Source: the human T2T-CHM13v2.0 reference genome, Homo sapiens
Strand: one strand, 5' to 3'
Assembly (NCBI RefSeq): GCF_009914755.1
Contig: NC_060931.1
DNA: 64,000 bases
Shown: positions 47,420-64,000 of the stretch, in pieces
Layout of the letters: the number at the start of each line of letters is the position of its first letter
How positions within the stretch are numbered: position 1 is the stretch's first letter
Translations under genes and position numbers: made by a program
Notes under the pieces: model-generated
The model's input: only the letters and a program-made list of their open reading frames with translations
Told to the model about the DNA's origin: nothing
Databases searched by the model: none

Positions 47420-48222
47420 TTTCAAAAGAAGACATACACATGGCCAACATCTAAAAATGCTCAGCATCACTAATTATTAGAGAAATGCAAATTAAAACCA
47501 CAATGAGATACCATCTCACATCAATCAGAATGGCTATTGTTAAAAAGTCAAAAAATAACAAGATGCCGGCAAGACTGTGGAGAAAAGGGAATTCTTATAC
47601 ACTGCTGGTGGGAATGTAAATTAGTTCTGCCACTATGGAAAGCAGTTTGGTGATTTCTCAAAGAACTTAAAACAGAATTACCATTCAACCCAGCAATCCC
47701 ATTATTGGGTATATACCCAAAGGAATATAGATCGTTCTGCCATAAAGACACACACACACGTATGTTCACTGCAACACTATTCACAATAGCAAAAACACGG
47801 AATCAACCTAAATGCCCATCAACAGTAGAGTGGATAAAGAAAATGTGGTACAGATATGTCATGGAATACTACAGAGCCATAAAAAAAAAACAGATTATGT
47901 CTTTTGCAGCAACATGGATGAAGCTGGAGGCCAGTATCATAAGCAAACTAACACAGGAACAGAAAACCAAATACTGCATGTTCTCACTTATAAAAGGGTG
48001 CTAACCACTGAGAACACACACACACAAAGAAGGGAACAACACATACCAGAACCTACTTGAGGGCAGAAGGTGAGAAAAAGGAGAGGATCAAAAAACTACC
48101 TATTGAATACTATGATTAGTACCTGAGTGATAAAACAGCCTGTACACTAAACCCCATGACACAAAATTTACCAATATAACAAACCCACATATATACCCCT
48201 GAACCTAAAAGTTCACAAAAAA
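47420..48222 (+). mobile_element. L1PB/L1PA15-16-type 3' end
   Basis: ORF2 C-terminus (ORF 47705..48004) and 3' UTR GAGAGGATCAAAAAACTACCTATTG...CCCTGAACCTAAAA. Confidence 0.85.
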
Positions 48223-48262
48223 TCATACTGTATACCTTAAATTTATATTAAAAACTTCTCAA

Positions 48263-50778
<2,516 letters not shown>

Positions 50779-50976
50779 TAAATTTGATGTAGTCCCACTT
50801 GTCTATTTCTGCTTTGGTTTCCTTTGCTTTTGATGTCATATCCATGAAATCATTGCCATGATCAATGTCATGAAGTTTCCCCGCTATGTTTTGTTTTAGG
50901 TCTTTCATAGTTTCAGGTCTTACAGTTAAATCTTTAATTTATTTTCAGTTGAAAATCTGAGTTTTTAACCAGCTCT

Positions 50977-51290
50977 TTTCTTTCTTTCTTTTTTTTTTTT
51001 TTTTTTTTGAGACAGGGTCTTATGCTGATGCTCAGGCTGGAATGCAGTGGTGCGATCACAGCTCATGGTCACCTCAAACTCCTGGGCTCGAGCAATCCTC
51101 TTACCTCAACCTTCAAGTAGTTGAAGCTACAGGTACATCTCACCATACGTGACTAATGTTTTTAAATTTTATAGAGACAAGGTCTAACTATGTTGCCCAG
51201 GCTGGTCTCAAAATCCTGGCCTCAACTGATCCCCTCAATGTGGCCTCCCAAAGCCAGGATTATAGAGGCATGAGCCACCATACACCCAGT
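50977..51290 (-). mobile_element. AluJ
   Basis: Poly-T followed by a diverged Alu reverse complement. Confidence 0.88.
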
Positions 51291-51849
51291 CTTATCCAAT
51301 TTTCATCACTAGGGACAATACTGATATAATACTTTATACTTTAATCAGCCAAGATGCTCTAAACTGATACATTCTTTCAGAAATATTACTTGCTGAAAAG
51401 TATTTAATTTACCTACAGGTATTTTTCTGCCTGTGTTAAAACCCCAAATATAGATTGAAGCCTAATAAGAAATACACTTTATAAAAAGACTCATGGAAAT
51501 TTTCACTTAATGAATTCCTAAGAATGTTTGGGTGGTCGGTTTTGATATTTCTTAAATACTTTATAAACAATAAAATGTCTATTTAGGATATTTCTATTAT
51601 TTAAAAGAGAAGTTATGGTATTTCCTTGAAGATCTTCATAAGTAGGGGGTATAAAATATATTGATCAATGACAAAAGCAAGAGAAAGAAACACATACGGT
51701 ACTATACATATACAACATAAAAAGGTATTAATTTTTACATCTATAGAATTGCAAGTGCAATAAACTTGTTACAGTGGTACTTCTGGAAAGAGAGAAGAGT
51801 TAGGACAAATATTTATATTGTACATAATTTAAATTTTCTTCAGGGCAAC

Positions 51850-52270
51850 TTACTCTTGCACTCTCAGCTATAAGTGGTATTGAATCCCAACCAAATCCAA
51901 GCTCAGCATGTGGCTCAATCTATGCCATCACAATCTCCTGGCTAGAGTGACTGATTCAGAGACAGAAATATGACCCAGGCAAAGAAAATGAGAGCTAAGG
52001 AGACTTTGCAGGTTTCCTCTTCAACTGTCCTGTAACTTGTGGGACTAAGCATTTGATTCTATGATCATGTATTACTCTACCCTGAGAATGAAGCCAAAAC
52101 AGTGAAGGTAAGGCTAGGAGACAAGAGAAGACACTGTTTGAGTGTCTAGAACTGCAGGCAAAGCCAGCCACTAGCCTTTCCAACTATGTGAGCTAATAAA
52201 TGCTCTTTCTAGGTTCAGGCAAATTTAAGCTGGGTTGTCTGTCACTTAAAACAGAATTAATATCTGTATT
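51850..52270 (+). mobile_element. Old MLT1-type LTR
   Basis: CTATGTGAGCTAATAAATGC...TTTAAGCTGGGTTGTCTGTCACTT terminus. Confidence 0.5.
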
Positions 52271-53118
52271 AATACAAATATTAATTTCTGCTCCAAAGAC
52301 ACAAAATCCTCCTTTCAGTTGGAAAATTCTACTTTATTATGCCTCAAATATATGTTGGAACAAGCACGTAAGAGGAGGTGTATATTTTTGCAGGTACTTT
52401 GCCTATTGTTGGTATACGCTATCATGAGCGAAGGTCTAAATGAGTTTATGGACATAGTTAACAGAAACAGATCAGTAGATTTCCCTATCAAGACATTATT
52501 TCATGTGGAATACTTGTATTACAAGCATTTCACAGAAATATATGCTCTCCTTGAGAGACAGTAACAATTTACTTGGCTCATAAGAGTGCTGAAATGTATA
52601 ATTAATTGTTTAGAGAACTCTTTCAGCACTGTAGAAAGTTTTATTATAGTATATTTATGTGCAATTATCAAGAAAGTTCACATTATTTGTAATATCCTAC
52701 AAACAATGAGTCTAATACTCTGAATTTTAGTCAAGTCAGTAGCACAGAATTACATTACATAGAATAAAAATCAGGTGGCATTTATATTAAGCATCTACAA
52801 GTACAGTGCTGTGCTAGTCCTCATGATATGGTTCTTACCAGGTAATGAAGAGTTTTATTACATTTTGGTAAATATTGTTGTGTAAATTCTATTACCCTTT
52901 TTATCTAACACTTCCTGCTTCCTCCTCTCCTAGTTATATTCACTATGGAGAAAAAGTATGACATTTAATCATCCTTGATCCTATTCATAAAGTCTACGAT
53001 CAGATAATTCTTTAATACTGAGTGACACTAAATACCTCATTACTAAGAAATCTGAGGGAAACAACCAAACCTCAACTATCTCTCTTCATCCTAAAGTGGC
53101 ACAGAAAAATTTTTCTAA

Positions 53119-53443
<325 letters not shown>

Positions 53444-53674
53444 TCATATTGTATAAAAACTGCAAATAGGTAAACAGCACAGAAAAAAAAACTTGTATGT
53501 GTAAAGCTAGTACATGCACGTTTGTCCAAATATTAGTTGATAGGAACCATTAAGGTTTACGTGTACCCTCAATCATTGTATTTTTACTAAAGATTGGCCA
53601 TGCTTTAGGAACAAGGTAGCAAACATGCAAGCTCAACCTTTAACGAATAAGAAAACTTACAAAAGAACTTTGTT

Positions 53675-53877
53675 GGTGTTTCTCTAGTACCTTGGCACTA
53701 TCACATTTTGGGTCTTTTTATATGGGTAGATGTCTGGTGCATTGTAGCATAGTTAGCAGCATTCTTGGCCTCTACCAGTTAGATGCCAATAGTAATCCTC
53801 GGTTGTGACAACCAAAATATCTGCAAATGTCAAATGTCCCTTGGTGGGCAAAATCACTACCAGTTGAAAATGAGTGC
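53675..53877 (+). mobile_element. MER20-like hAT MITE
   Basis: CTTGGCACTAT...GGCCTCTACCAGTTAGATGCC...GTTGTGACAACCAAAA...GGGCAAAATCAC. Confidence 0.75.
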
Positions 53878-54332
53878 AACAAAGAGAGCACAACTCAAAC
53901 TTCAGCAGGCTGCCCAGAGTCCCATAATACTTAGCTGTGTAGCAGACTGCTCGCTGTTATTCTCTAACTTTTCCAATTTTGAAAACAAACCTATCACCCA
54001 GAAACTACACTCTACCTGGCAACCAAAGTCAGGTAAATTAACACAGCAATTTATGTGCTAAGTTGCCTTCACATCTATCCCAGATGCACAGGTAACAACT
54101 TACTATTTCAGGCTTACTGAATCTTCAGTAAGACTTCTCATACAATCTGGATATGTACGGATAACTGTGATACTCTGGGTAGTCTTATAGCAGTCTTATA
54201 GCATAATCCCACATCATCTCCATTTATGCCTCCTATTTATTTGAGAACCTATTCCTAAATTATTGCTATACTAGTGACAACAGTCAAAGTCAGGTCCTTC
54301 TGACTACCGTCCTGGATCTGCTGGATAGTTCA

Positions 54333-54708
<376 letters not shown>

Positions 54709-57700
54709 TCACCACCACAGAGAATGAGCACCAAAAGTGACAATTTCTATTGGATCAGTTAACTTCATAATGTAAAAACATCAGTAAAGTGGCAGTGTCA
54801 AAATAATGAAATGTGGCAGATATCTATGAATGAGCAAAATAGTAAAATATATATAACTACCAAGAAGCGTTGGAATAAAAGAAATGGGTAATAATAGTGG
54901 TTGGTCCAGTCAGCAAAAGTAAAAGTATTTAAGTAAAGCTTTTAAATTAAAATAACTGTTGCTGCAACCATATTACATAATGAATGTAGAAGAAGGTGGA
55001 AAAGCTTGGAACTGTTTCGCCTCCTTGCCTGTTTCTTTGTCACCAGAATTCCTTTTCTCTTCATCTTTTCTGGATCAGTGGTCACAGATCCCAGAACTCA
55101 TATACAAGTCATATTTCAAATGAGAGATTCATTGTTGCATATATCAAAAGTGAAAGCACATCAAAATCAGATACTTTGTTACACAAAAATGTGATACTTA
55201 ACCTTTATCTTACTCTGTAGAGGTAGAAGGAAAAAAGTACCTAATCAGCTTATATCTCCACCTATCCTGGTACCTTTGATATATTTACAAAAATATCAAC
55301 ACAATTTACTGAGTAGGAGTTTCTAGCAAACACATCTATTCTCTTAAACAGTGATCATTAAATCTAAGCGGTGATAATAGGTTAACTTGGGGAATCAGAC
55401 CTTAATGCCAAATAATTAGAAACAGAAATGACTGTATATTTTTACTACCGACTAATGCAAGAATTTCACATATTATGGTCTTAGAACTCGACTATGCTCT
55501 TTTTCTAAATGAGCACAATCAAAAGTTAATTCTTCCTTAGGAAACAGGGGACAGTGTGAAGACTAAGAATAGAAAGAAGGGAGAGGAATTGTGGAGAGTG
55601 TTTCTAGAAAAGAAAAACGGAAAGAAAAAGAATAACTGGATTCAGGTTAAAAGCAAGAGATAATTACCCAAAAATTCACAGTGGGCCTTCTGTAGATGAA
55701 GAGTTACAATCTTGTGGGGTGAGGGGCAACTTAAGAGCAAAGTGCTTAAAGGAGGTCAAAGTGTTTAAAATGAATGCTTTACTAATTACCACATTTCTTG
55801 GTTTGTGGAACACAGAATGGTTTTTGGTATTTAGGCTATCTCAGGGCATCTTAGGAATACATTAATCTTCATCCTTAAAATATGATTGATCAAGGCATGG
55901 AAAAGCTTGTAACTTAAAATAACTAAAAGTAGGCCAGCTGTTTTTGAGTTTACTTAGATAACAGAATAATTATACAAGATAAAGTTGAGAGGTAGTCAAA
56001 AACCGATTATTTAGACCACAATGACAAAGACAGTTTAAATATAAAGGGAAGTCATTAAAGATTTTAAGTTGAAGAGTGTTATATTCTAGCTTACATGTTA
56101 AGACCATTCTTCCATGATACTATAAGAAAAGAAAATCACAGGCCAATAACCCTGATGAACATAAATACAAAAGTCCTCAACAGAATACTAGCAAACAAAC
56201 TCAATAGCACTTGAAAGGATCATTCATCATAATCAGGTAGGATTTATCCCTGGGATGCATGGATAATTCAACATACACAAATTAATAAATGTGATGCATC
56301 ACATTAATAGAACGGACAAAAACCATATGATCATCTCAATAGATACAGAAAAAACATTTGAAAAAATTCTACATCCTTTTATGATAAAAACTCACAAGTT
56401 AGGCATAGAAGGAATTTATCTCAACACAATACTGGCCATATATGAAAACCCCACAGCTAACACCATATCCAATGGTGAAAAGTGGAAAGCTTTTCCTTTA
56501 AGGTTAGGAACAAGACAAAGGTGCCCACTCTCACAGCTTGTTTTCAACACAGTACTGCAAGTACTAGCCAGAGCAATTAGGCAAGAAAAAGAAATAAAAG
56601 ACATCCAAATAGGAAATAAAGAAGTAAAATTGTCTGTTTGCTGATGACATGAGCTTATATATAGAAAACCCTAAGAACTATACTATCAAACTATTAGAAC
56701 TGATAAACAAATACAGTAAAGTTGCAAGGTACAAAATCAAGAAGCAAAAATCCATAGCATTTCCTTACACTAGCAGTGACCTATCTGAAAAACAAATCAG
56801 GAAATCAACCTCATTTAAAATAGCATCAAACAAATAAAATACGTTAAGAAATGTGATCAAGGAGGCAGAAGATCTATATGCAGAAAACTATGAAACAATG
56901 AAATAAGTTGTAAATGATACAAAGAAAAAGATATCTTGTGTCCACGGATTGGAAAAATTAATAATGTTAAAATGCCCATACTACCCAAAGTGATCTATAG
57001 AGTCTATGCAATCCCTAGCAAAATTCCAATGTCTTTTCACAGAAACAGAAATACAATCCTAAAACTCATAGAGAACCACAAAAGATCTTTAATTCAATAG
57101 TCAAAGTAATCTCGAGCAATAAGAACAAGGCTGGAGGAATCATTATCTGACTTCAAATCTAGTACAAAGCTATAGTAATCAAAACAATATGGTACTGGCA
57201 TAAAAACGGACACAATGACTGAAAGAACAGAATAGAGAGGCCAGAAATAAACTCATATATATGGTCAATTGATTTTTGACAAAGGTATCATGAGCACACA
57301 ATAGAGAAAGAATAATCTCTTCAATAAATTGGAAAACTGAATATCCACAAGCAAAAGAATAAAACTGGACCCTTTTCTAACCCCATATGAAAAAATCAAC
57401 TCAAATGGATTAAAGAATTAAACATGTGACTTGAAACTGTAAAACTACAAGAAAAACAAACATAGGAAAATGCTTCATGACATTGCGCTAGGCCAAGATT
57501 TCTTTTGCCAAAAGTACAGGCAACAAAAGCAAAAATAGAAAAATGGGATTGCATCAAACTAAAAGTCTTCTGCACAGCAAAGAAAGCAACTAATAGAGGG
57601 AAAAGACAATCCATGGACTGAGATATAATATTTGCAAACTATATATCTGATAAGAAGACAATATTCAAAATACATGAAGAATTCAAATAACTCAATAGCA

Positions 57701-57879
57701 AGAAAATACATCAAAAACAAGGAAAAGACCTAAACAGACACTTAATAAAAGACATACAAATGAGTAACAGATAAACAAATATTCATCATCACTAATCATC
57801 AGAGAAATACAAATTAAAATCACAATGAAATATCACTTAGCACCTGTTACTATGGCTATTATCTAAAAGACAAAAGCTA

Positions 57880-58172
57880 AGCCAGGCACAATGGCTCAAG
57901 CCTGTAATCCCAGCACTTTGGGAGGCCAAGGCCAGTGGACCACTTGAGGTCAGGAGTTCAAGAGCAGCCTGGCCAGCATGGTGAAACCCCATCTCTACTT
58001 AAAAAAAAAAAAAAAAAAAAAAAAGCCACGCGTGGTAGTGCGTGCCTGTAATTTAAGTTACTCGGGAGGCTGAAGTGGGAGAATCACTTGAGCCCAGAGG
58101 TGGAGATCACAGTGAGCCAAGATGTACTCCAGCCTGGGCAACAGAGCGAAACCCTGTCTCAAAACAAAAAAG
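57880..58172 (+). mobile_element. AluJb-like with expanded middle A tract
   Basis: Alu dimer with an A24 linker at 58001-58024. Confidence 0.85.
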
Positions 58173-58479
58173 AAGGCAAAAGATAACAAATGTTGGCAAG
58201 GAAGGATGCAGAGAGAAAGAAACCTTTGCGCACTGTTGAGGAAATGCAAATTAACACAGTGTTTCTTTTTTATTTTTTTGAATTTTTTCTTCTTTATTGG
58301 CATATTAGTGATAACTATTAGTTTTGTTACATGCTCTAAAATTTATATTTATTTTGAAATTTTCCTAGTCTACTTAGAAGTGATATAAGTTCTCACATAG
58401 CACAATAAAAATATAACAGTATACTTCCTTTCTCCCCTTTTGGCCTTTATATGTTATTATGCATTCTGTTTTTCATATG

Positions 58480-58806
58480 GTTTCTGGGTTTTTTTGTTTT
58501 TTGTTTTTTGATTTCTGGTTTTTTTTTTAAGGGAGTCTCACTCTGTCGCCCAGGCTAGAGTGCAGTGGTGCGATCTCAGTTCATCGCAACCTCCGCCTCC
58601 CAGGTCCAAGCCATTCTCCTGCCTCAGCCTCCTGAGTAGCTGGGATTACAAGCGTCTGCTAGCACACCTGGCTATTTTTTGTATTTTTAGTAGAGATGGG
58701 GTTTCACCATGTTGGCCAGGCTGGTCTCAAACTCCCCACATCAGGTGATCCACCCGCCTCGGCCTCCCAAAGTGTTAGGATTACAGGCGCAAGCCACCAA
58801 GCCCAG
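58480..58806 (-). mobile_element. AluS
   Basis: Alu reverse complement with a degenerate T-rich tail. TSD TTTTCATATG. Confidence 0.88.
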
Positions 58807-60672
58807 TCTTTTCATATGTTATTAACCCCACATTATGTTTTTATCATTTTTGTTTAAATGGTCAATTATCTTCCAAAAATACTTAAGTCACAAGAAAAAC
58901 ATTCTCCTATATTTTGCCTTGTAGACACCATTCCCAGCATTTTGTTTGTTTGTTTCTTTGTGTTGATTCATATTTCTCCCTGGAATCATTTTCCTTCTTC
59001 CTGAAGGACTCCTTTAACATTTCTTGGGTCTTTTAGAGATCAATTACTTTGTGTTTCTGAAAAAGTTTAGTTTGCCTCCAATTTGGAAAGATATTTGCTT
59101 TGGAAAGATAAAATTCTGAGTTGATATTTACTTTTTAAATTATTTTAAAGGTCTTACTCCATTGTCTTTTGCTTGCATTGCTGCTTATGAGAAACCTGCT
59201 TTAACACAGCAATTTTGAAAAACAGTATGGAGGTTCCTCAGAAAATTTAAAATAGAATTACCATGTGATCCGGCAATCCTACCTCTAGGTATATTTCCAA
59301 AAGGAATTGAAAACTGTATGTCAAAGATATCTGTACTCCCAAACTCACTGCAGAATTATTCACAATAGCTAAGATGTGGAAGCAACCTAGGTGTCTGTCA
59401 TCGGATGAATGGATAAAGAAAATGTGGTACATATACACAACAGAGTACTATTTAGCCTTTTAAAAGGGAGGAAATTCTGTCATTTGTAATAACAGGAATG
59501 AACCCGTAAGACATTATGCTAAGTGAAATAAGCCAGACAAAGAAAGATAAATACAGCATGATCTCACTTACATGTGGAATCTAAAAAAGTTGAACTCATA
59601 GAAGAAGAGAGTAGAATAGGGGTTTCCAGAGGCTGGGGGTTGGGGTAGATGAGGTAAAGGAAGATGTTCACAGGGTATAAAGTTTCAGTTCGACAAGTGG
59701 AATTTGAGTGATCTATTGCACAGAAGGATGGCTACAATAAATAATAATGCATTGTATATTTTAAAATCAAATAAAATGTAGATTTTAAATGTTTTCACCA
59801 CAAAAAATAAGTATTTGAGGTGATGGATTTGGTAATTAGCCTGATTTAGTTATTCCACATTGTAAACATATATCAGCACATCACATTGTAGCCCCATAAA
59901 TATATACAATTATTATTATCAATTAATAACATTTAATATGTTTCTAAAGATTATTCTTCCTTTTACAGTGGAAAGAAGTTAGACGGGTACAAGAGTGAAA
60001 CTAATGAAACTGGTTAGGAGGTCATTCCAATAGCCCAGGAAAGATGGTGACTTGGATTAGGGCAAGGAAAAATGGATGTATGTCAAGATGTATTCAGGAG
60101 ATAGAAATGGCTGGATTGTCTGAGACTGGATATGGAAGACAGTGCAAAAGGAATCAAAGATAACTTTCATGTTCCTGTCTTGAGCAACTGACAGATTCTG
60201 GTACTATTTACAACTATTTAGTATCTTCTGTATTGTTTATTTGTTAGTTTGTTCCAATGCTTGGCCACATTTCACAAGATGTTTCTTGCTATTACTGGCT
60301 CTCTATCACCTTTCACAATTTTACAGTTCTGTTTATATTCTAATTATATGGGCCTTCCTATGATCTCCTTACAATGAATAATACAGTATTTTAGATAGCT
60401 TATCTCCTACTTTTCCACTTTCTCTACATTGCATTTACCCCAAGGTGTCTCTGCTTAATGGAAATATTTTATACTAATTGAGATTAAAAATTAAAAGGCA
60501 TTATTTTAAAAAATGTTTAAGAATTTAAAACATTAAATAAAATTTGTAGAATAGATGAGTTGTTAGTGAATGTTGTGGTTCAGAGCAGTTTTGTCGTTTG
60601 GGCTTGAGTTTGGGTTTCCTTGTTTATTTTGGTCATTCCCAAATTAAAGGAAACATGAAAACAGAATGTTAA

Positions 60673-61036
60673 TGATATGGTTAGGTTTTGTGTCCCACCC
60701 AAATCTCATCTTGAATTGTAATCCCCATGTGTCAAAGGTGGGAGGCAATTGGATCATGGGGGCGGTTTCCCCTACACTGTTCTCGTAACAGCGAGTGAGT
60801 TCTCATGAGATCTGTTGGTTTATAAAGCAGTTTTCCCTGCTCTTGTTCACTCTCCTCTCTCCTTCCACCACGTGAAGAAGGTGCTTGCTTCCTATTCCCC
60901 TTCCACCATGATTGTAAGTTTCCTGAGGCCTCCCGAGCCATGCAGAACTAACTGTGAGTCAATTAAATCTCTTTCCTTTATAAATTACCCAGTCTCAGGT
61001 AGTATCTTTATAGCAACGTGAGAACAGACTAAGATA
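60673..61036 (+). mobile_element. THE1/MST MaLR solo LTR
   Basis: TGATATGGTTAGG...CCCAAATCTCATCTTGAATTG...GAACAGACTAAGATA. TSD GTTAA/GTTAG. Confidence 0.9.
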
Positions 61037-61239
61037 GTTAGGAAGAACCTGAGATAAATCTAGATATGTGAGATAACTTCTAGAAAAGAAGCCATGATTT
61101 GGAAACCCAGGAACAACTGCTATAGCAAATAGCCAAAAGAGAAACCTAAACAGATCAGTTTTTTTCCTGCCTATTTTCAAAAAAGAATTGTAAGAAAACT
61201 GTAAGAAATGTTGTTTTCAAAAAATTTTTACAAACAGAA

Positions 61240-62190
61240 CAGAGGCTATAGAGATGGCAGACAAGCACATGAAACGATGTTCAACATCATTAGTCATTAG
61301 GGAAAATCAAATAAAAACCACAATAAGACATCACAACATACCTTTTATTTTACATCAAATGCTGGTGAGGGAGCAAAGAAAATGGACTACTCATATATTG
61401 CTGGTGGGAATGTAAAATGGTACAGCCGCTCTGAAAAAAACAGTTTGGCAGTATCATATAAAACTAAACATGGAACTACCCTACAACACAACAATTGCAC
61501 TCTTGGGCATGTAACCCAGAGAAATGAGAACTTATGTTCACAGAAAAACCTATGCAAGAATGTTCATAAAAGTTTTATCTATAATAGCCCTAAAGTGGAA
61601 ACAACCCAGCTGCTCTTCAACATGTGAGAGGTAAAACAAACCGTGGTATGTCATACTGTGGAACACTTCTCAACAACAAAAAGGAACGAGCTCTTCGTAC
61701 ATGCGACAATCTAGATACATCTCTACAGAAAGATGCTGGGTGAAAAAACCAAACCCCATAATGTTTTCATGTTTCAGTTCATATAACATTCTTGAAATGG
61801 CAAAATTATAGAGAATAAATTAGTGGTTTCCTGAAGTTAAGAATGAAGAGCAGAGAGCATGGTTATAAAGGTAGCAACAGGCATGCTTGTGCAGATGGAA
61901 GTGCTCTGTGTCTTGACTGTGGTGGTGATGGCTGCATCAACTTACACGTGATAAAGTTTAACTGAACTGAATGCCTACATATACAATACACATAATGCAG
62001 AAGTGGTGAAATCTACAGAAGATGACTGAATTGTATCAATGTGTCAATTTTCCCATAGTGATATTGTACTATAATTTTGCAAGATATTATCAGCGGTGAA
62101 AACTTGTTGAAGGGCACATGAGATCTCTCTATATTACTTAAAACTGCATATGATTCTGTAAGTATTTCAAAACAAGATGTTTAACTGAAA
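61240..62190 (+). mobile_element. L1MC/MD-type 3' end
   Basis: GCACATGAAACGATGTTCAACATCATTAG...GGGCACATGAGATCTCTCTATATTACTTAAAACTGCAT. Confidence 0.75.
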
Positions 62191-62398
62191 ATAGTAGAAC
62201 AGCAGCTGTCACACTAACTACGTGAAAGATCCTGATATTATTTTGTGCAGCATTCTTTCATGGAAATCTTGCTAATGATACTAAAATTGTTCTAGGAAAT
62301 ATAATAATTTTGTTTATTAGTAGTATGTGTTTTAAACAAACAAGGACAAAAGTTTTTAAAATAAGCTAAAGAACAGAACACAATATAGCTGCCACTTA

Positions 62399-62736
<338 letters not shown>

Positions 62737-64000
62737 CTAATACATGGCAGCTATCCATGATGATAGTACTCTTCCCCACATACTATGCCAAATGTTTTAT
62801 TATAACATGATTAACCTACAGCAACCAGAATGTCTCATGAAAAATGAGCTCAAAGATGCAAAGTAATTATATAAGTTACATAATTATTTTCCTGTGGTCT
62901 TCAAAGTAAGAACTTAGATATATAAGAGTTAGTATGTTTGTGATATACAATTATAATATAACTGTGGCACCTGAATCAGAAACTAGATCCATATGGCAAT
63001 AAATTCCACATTATTTTTTTTATACCACAAAGCCACTGCTGTGCATTTAGGATGGCAAAAGTGAAGCATAAAGGATGAAATACGAAATGTAAAAACCGCA
63101 AACATCAACTTTAATAATGACAATAATGCAGATGGCTTTTCCAATGCAATACATGGTAGGAGCCATAGAGATGTTCACATCTACTAATCCAGTAACCCAT
63201 TCATAGAGCTAGGTTAAAGCCCTACAGAAAGAAAAATGGAGAAAAGATTAAAGAGATCTTTTAAATATTAAAGTCCATTTTGTTGACTTTAGCATGCTGG
63301 AACAAACACAGTTTGCTTTCTCTATGCAACACAATCCAATCAGAAGGTCCCATGGGCTAACTTGAACAGAGAAAGTAATTTGTGAAAGTAATTTGAACTT
63401 GAGAGCAGATCCAGAGACTAGGAAGCCACCTGCCGGGACTAAGAAATGACATCACTAAAAAGGGCCCAATGGAAGACTAGCTGGACCTGCTCACTCCTGA
63501 GTGTTGGGGACACATCCACAGGGAGGTGACAGCCTTGAAACTCACTGCTAAGCCCCCTGAAGGGTACTAGCGAAAGCAGGTGGAGGGAGGTGTCCCCACA
63601 TGATAGTAATCTTCTGCGTAACCATCTAAGAGGATGCTGGGAAACTGACCAAGGGAAGAGACCACAGAGTACTTCAGAAAAAACACTGTGCTTCAGGCAC
63701 CTGACAAGACAAGGACATTGGAAAGTGACGAGTAGCCCTTTCATCCAGCAGCCTCCCTCTAAGCCCTCTACTGACACAGTTCAACATCAAACTCATGGCA
63801 AAGGAGAAATGCTCTAAAGGTCCAGCTCCATTATCAGAGCAGATAATAAAGGCAGGATGCAGAGCTGAAAGGCAATATACTGATAACTCCATTAACAAAA
63901 TATACTGCTTCCCACTCCAACAGTCAAGGTTTATTTACTCCATTGATCATTTCCAAACTGTGTCAACATCCTAGAAGTCTAGAGCAGTCATTTATTTCCC

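Larger units (their letters stand above)
56122..59930 (+). mobile_element. L1MA-type ORF2 3' half and 3' UTR, with insertions
   Basis: Degenerate RT (ORF 56291..56644) through a 3' end ...CCCATAAATATATACAATTATTA. Interrupted at 57880-58172 and 58260-59200. Confidence 0.88.

Overview
Human genomic DNA (it contains a consensus AluYa5) inside the TPK1 (thiamine pyrophosphokinase 1) gene, which is transcribed on the minus strand. Two short TPK1 coding exons are present: 39649-39718 (70 nt, [23 protein letters not shown][S]) and 5562-5634 (73 nt, [S][24 protein letters not shown]). From recall of the gene model these are exons 4 and 5. The rest is intronic and rich in transposons. It includes a full-length, TSD-flanked EEF1A1 processed pseudogene co-oriented with TPK1 only 168 bp past the exon-5 donor, a solo ERV9/LTR12 LTR antisense to TPK1, two 5'-inverted (twin-primed) L1PA insertions, about 15 Alus, MaLR/ERV LTRs, DNA-transposon MITEs, a tailless U2 snRNA retrocopy and microsatellites. 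I found no prokaryotic-type system and cannot support a new multi-gene system. The best candidates for undescribed biology are retroelement-based regulation of TPK1 (a read-through/intronic-polyA isoform using the EEF1A1 retrocopy as 3' UTR, candidate poison exons, an antisense LTR12 promoter) and several unusual insertion structures. Repeat subfamily names are from pattern recognition, not RepeatMasker.
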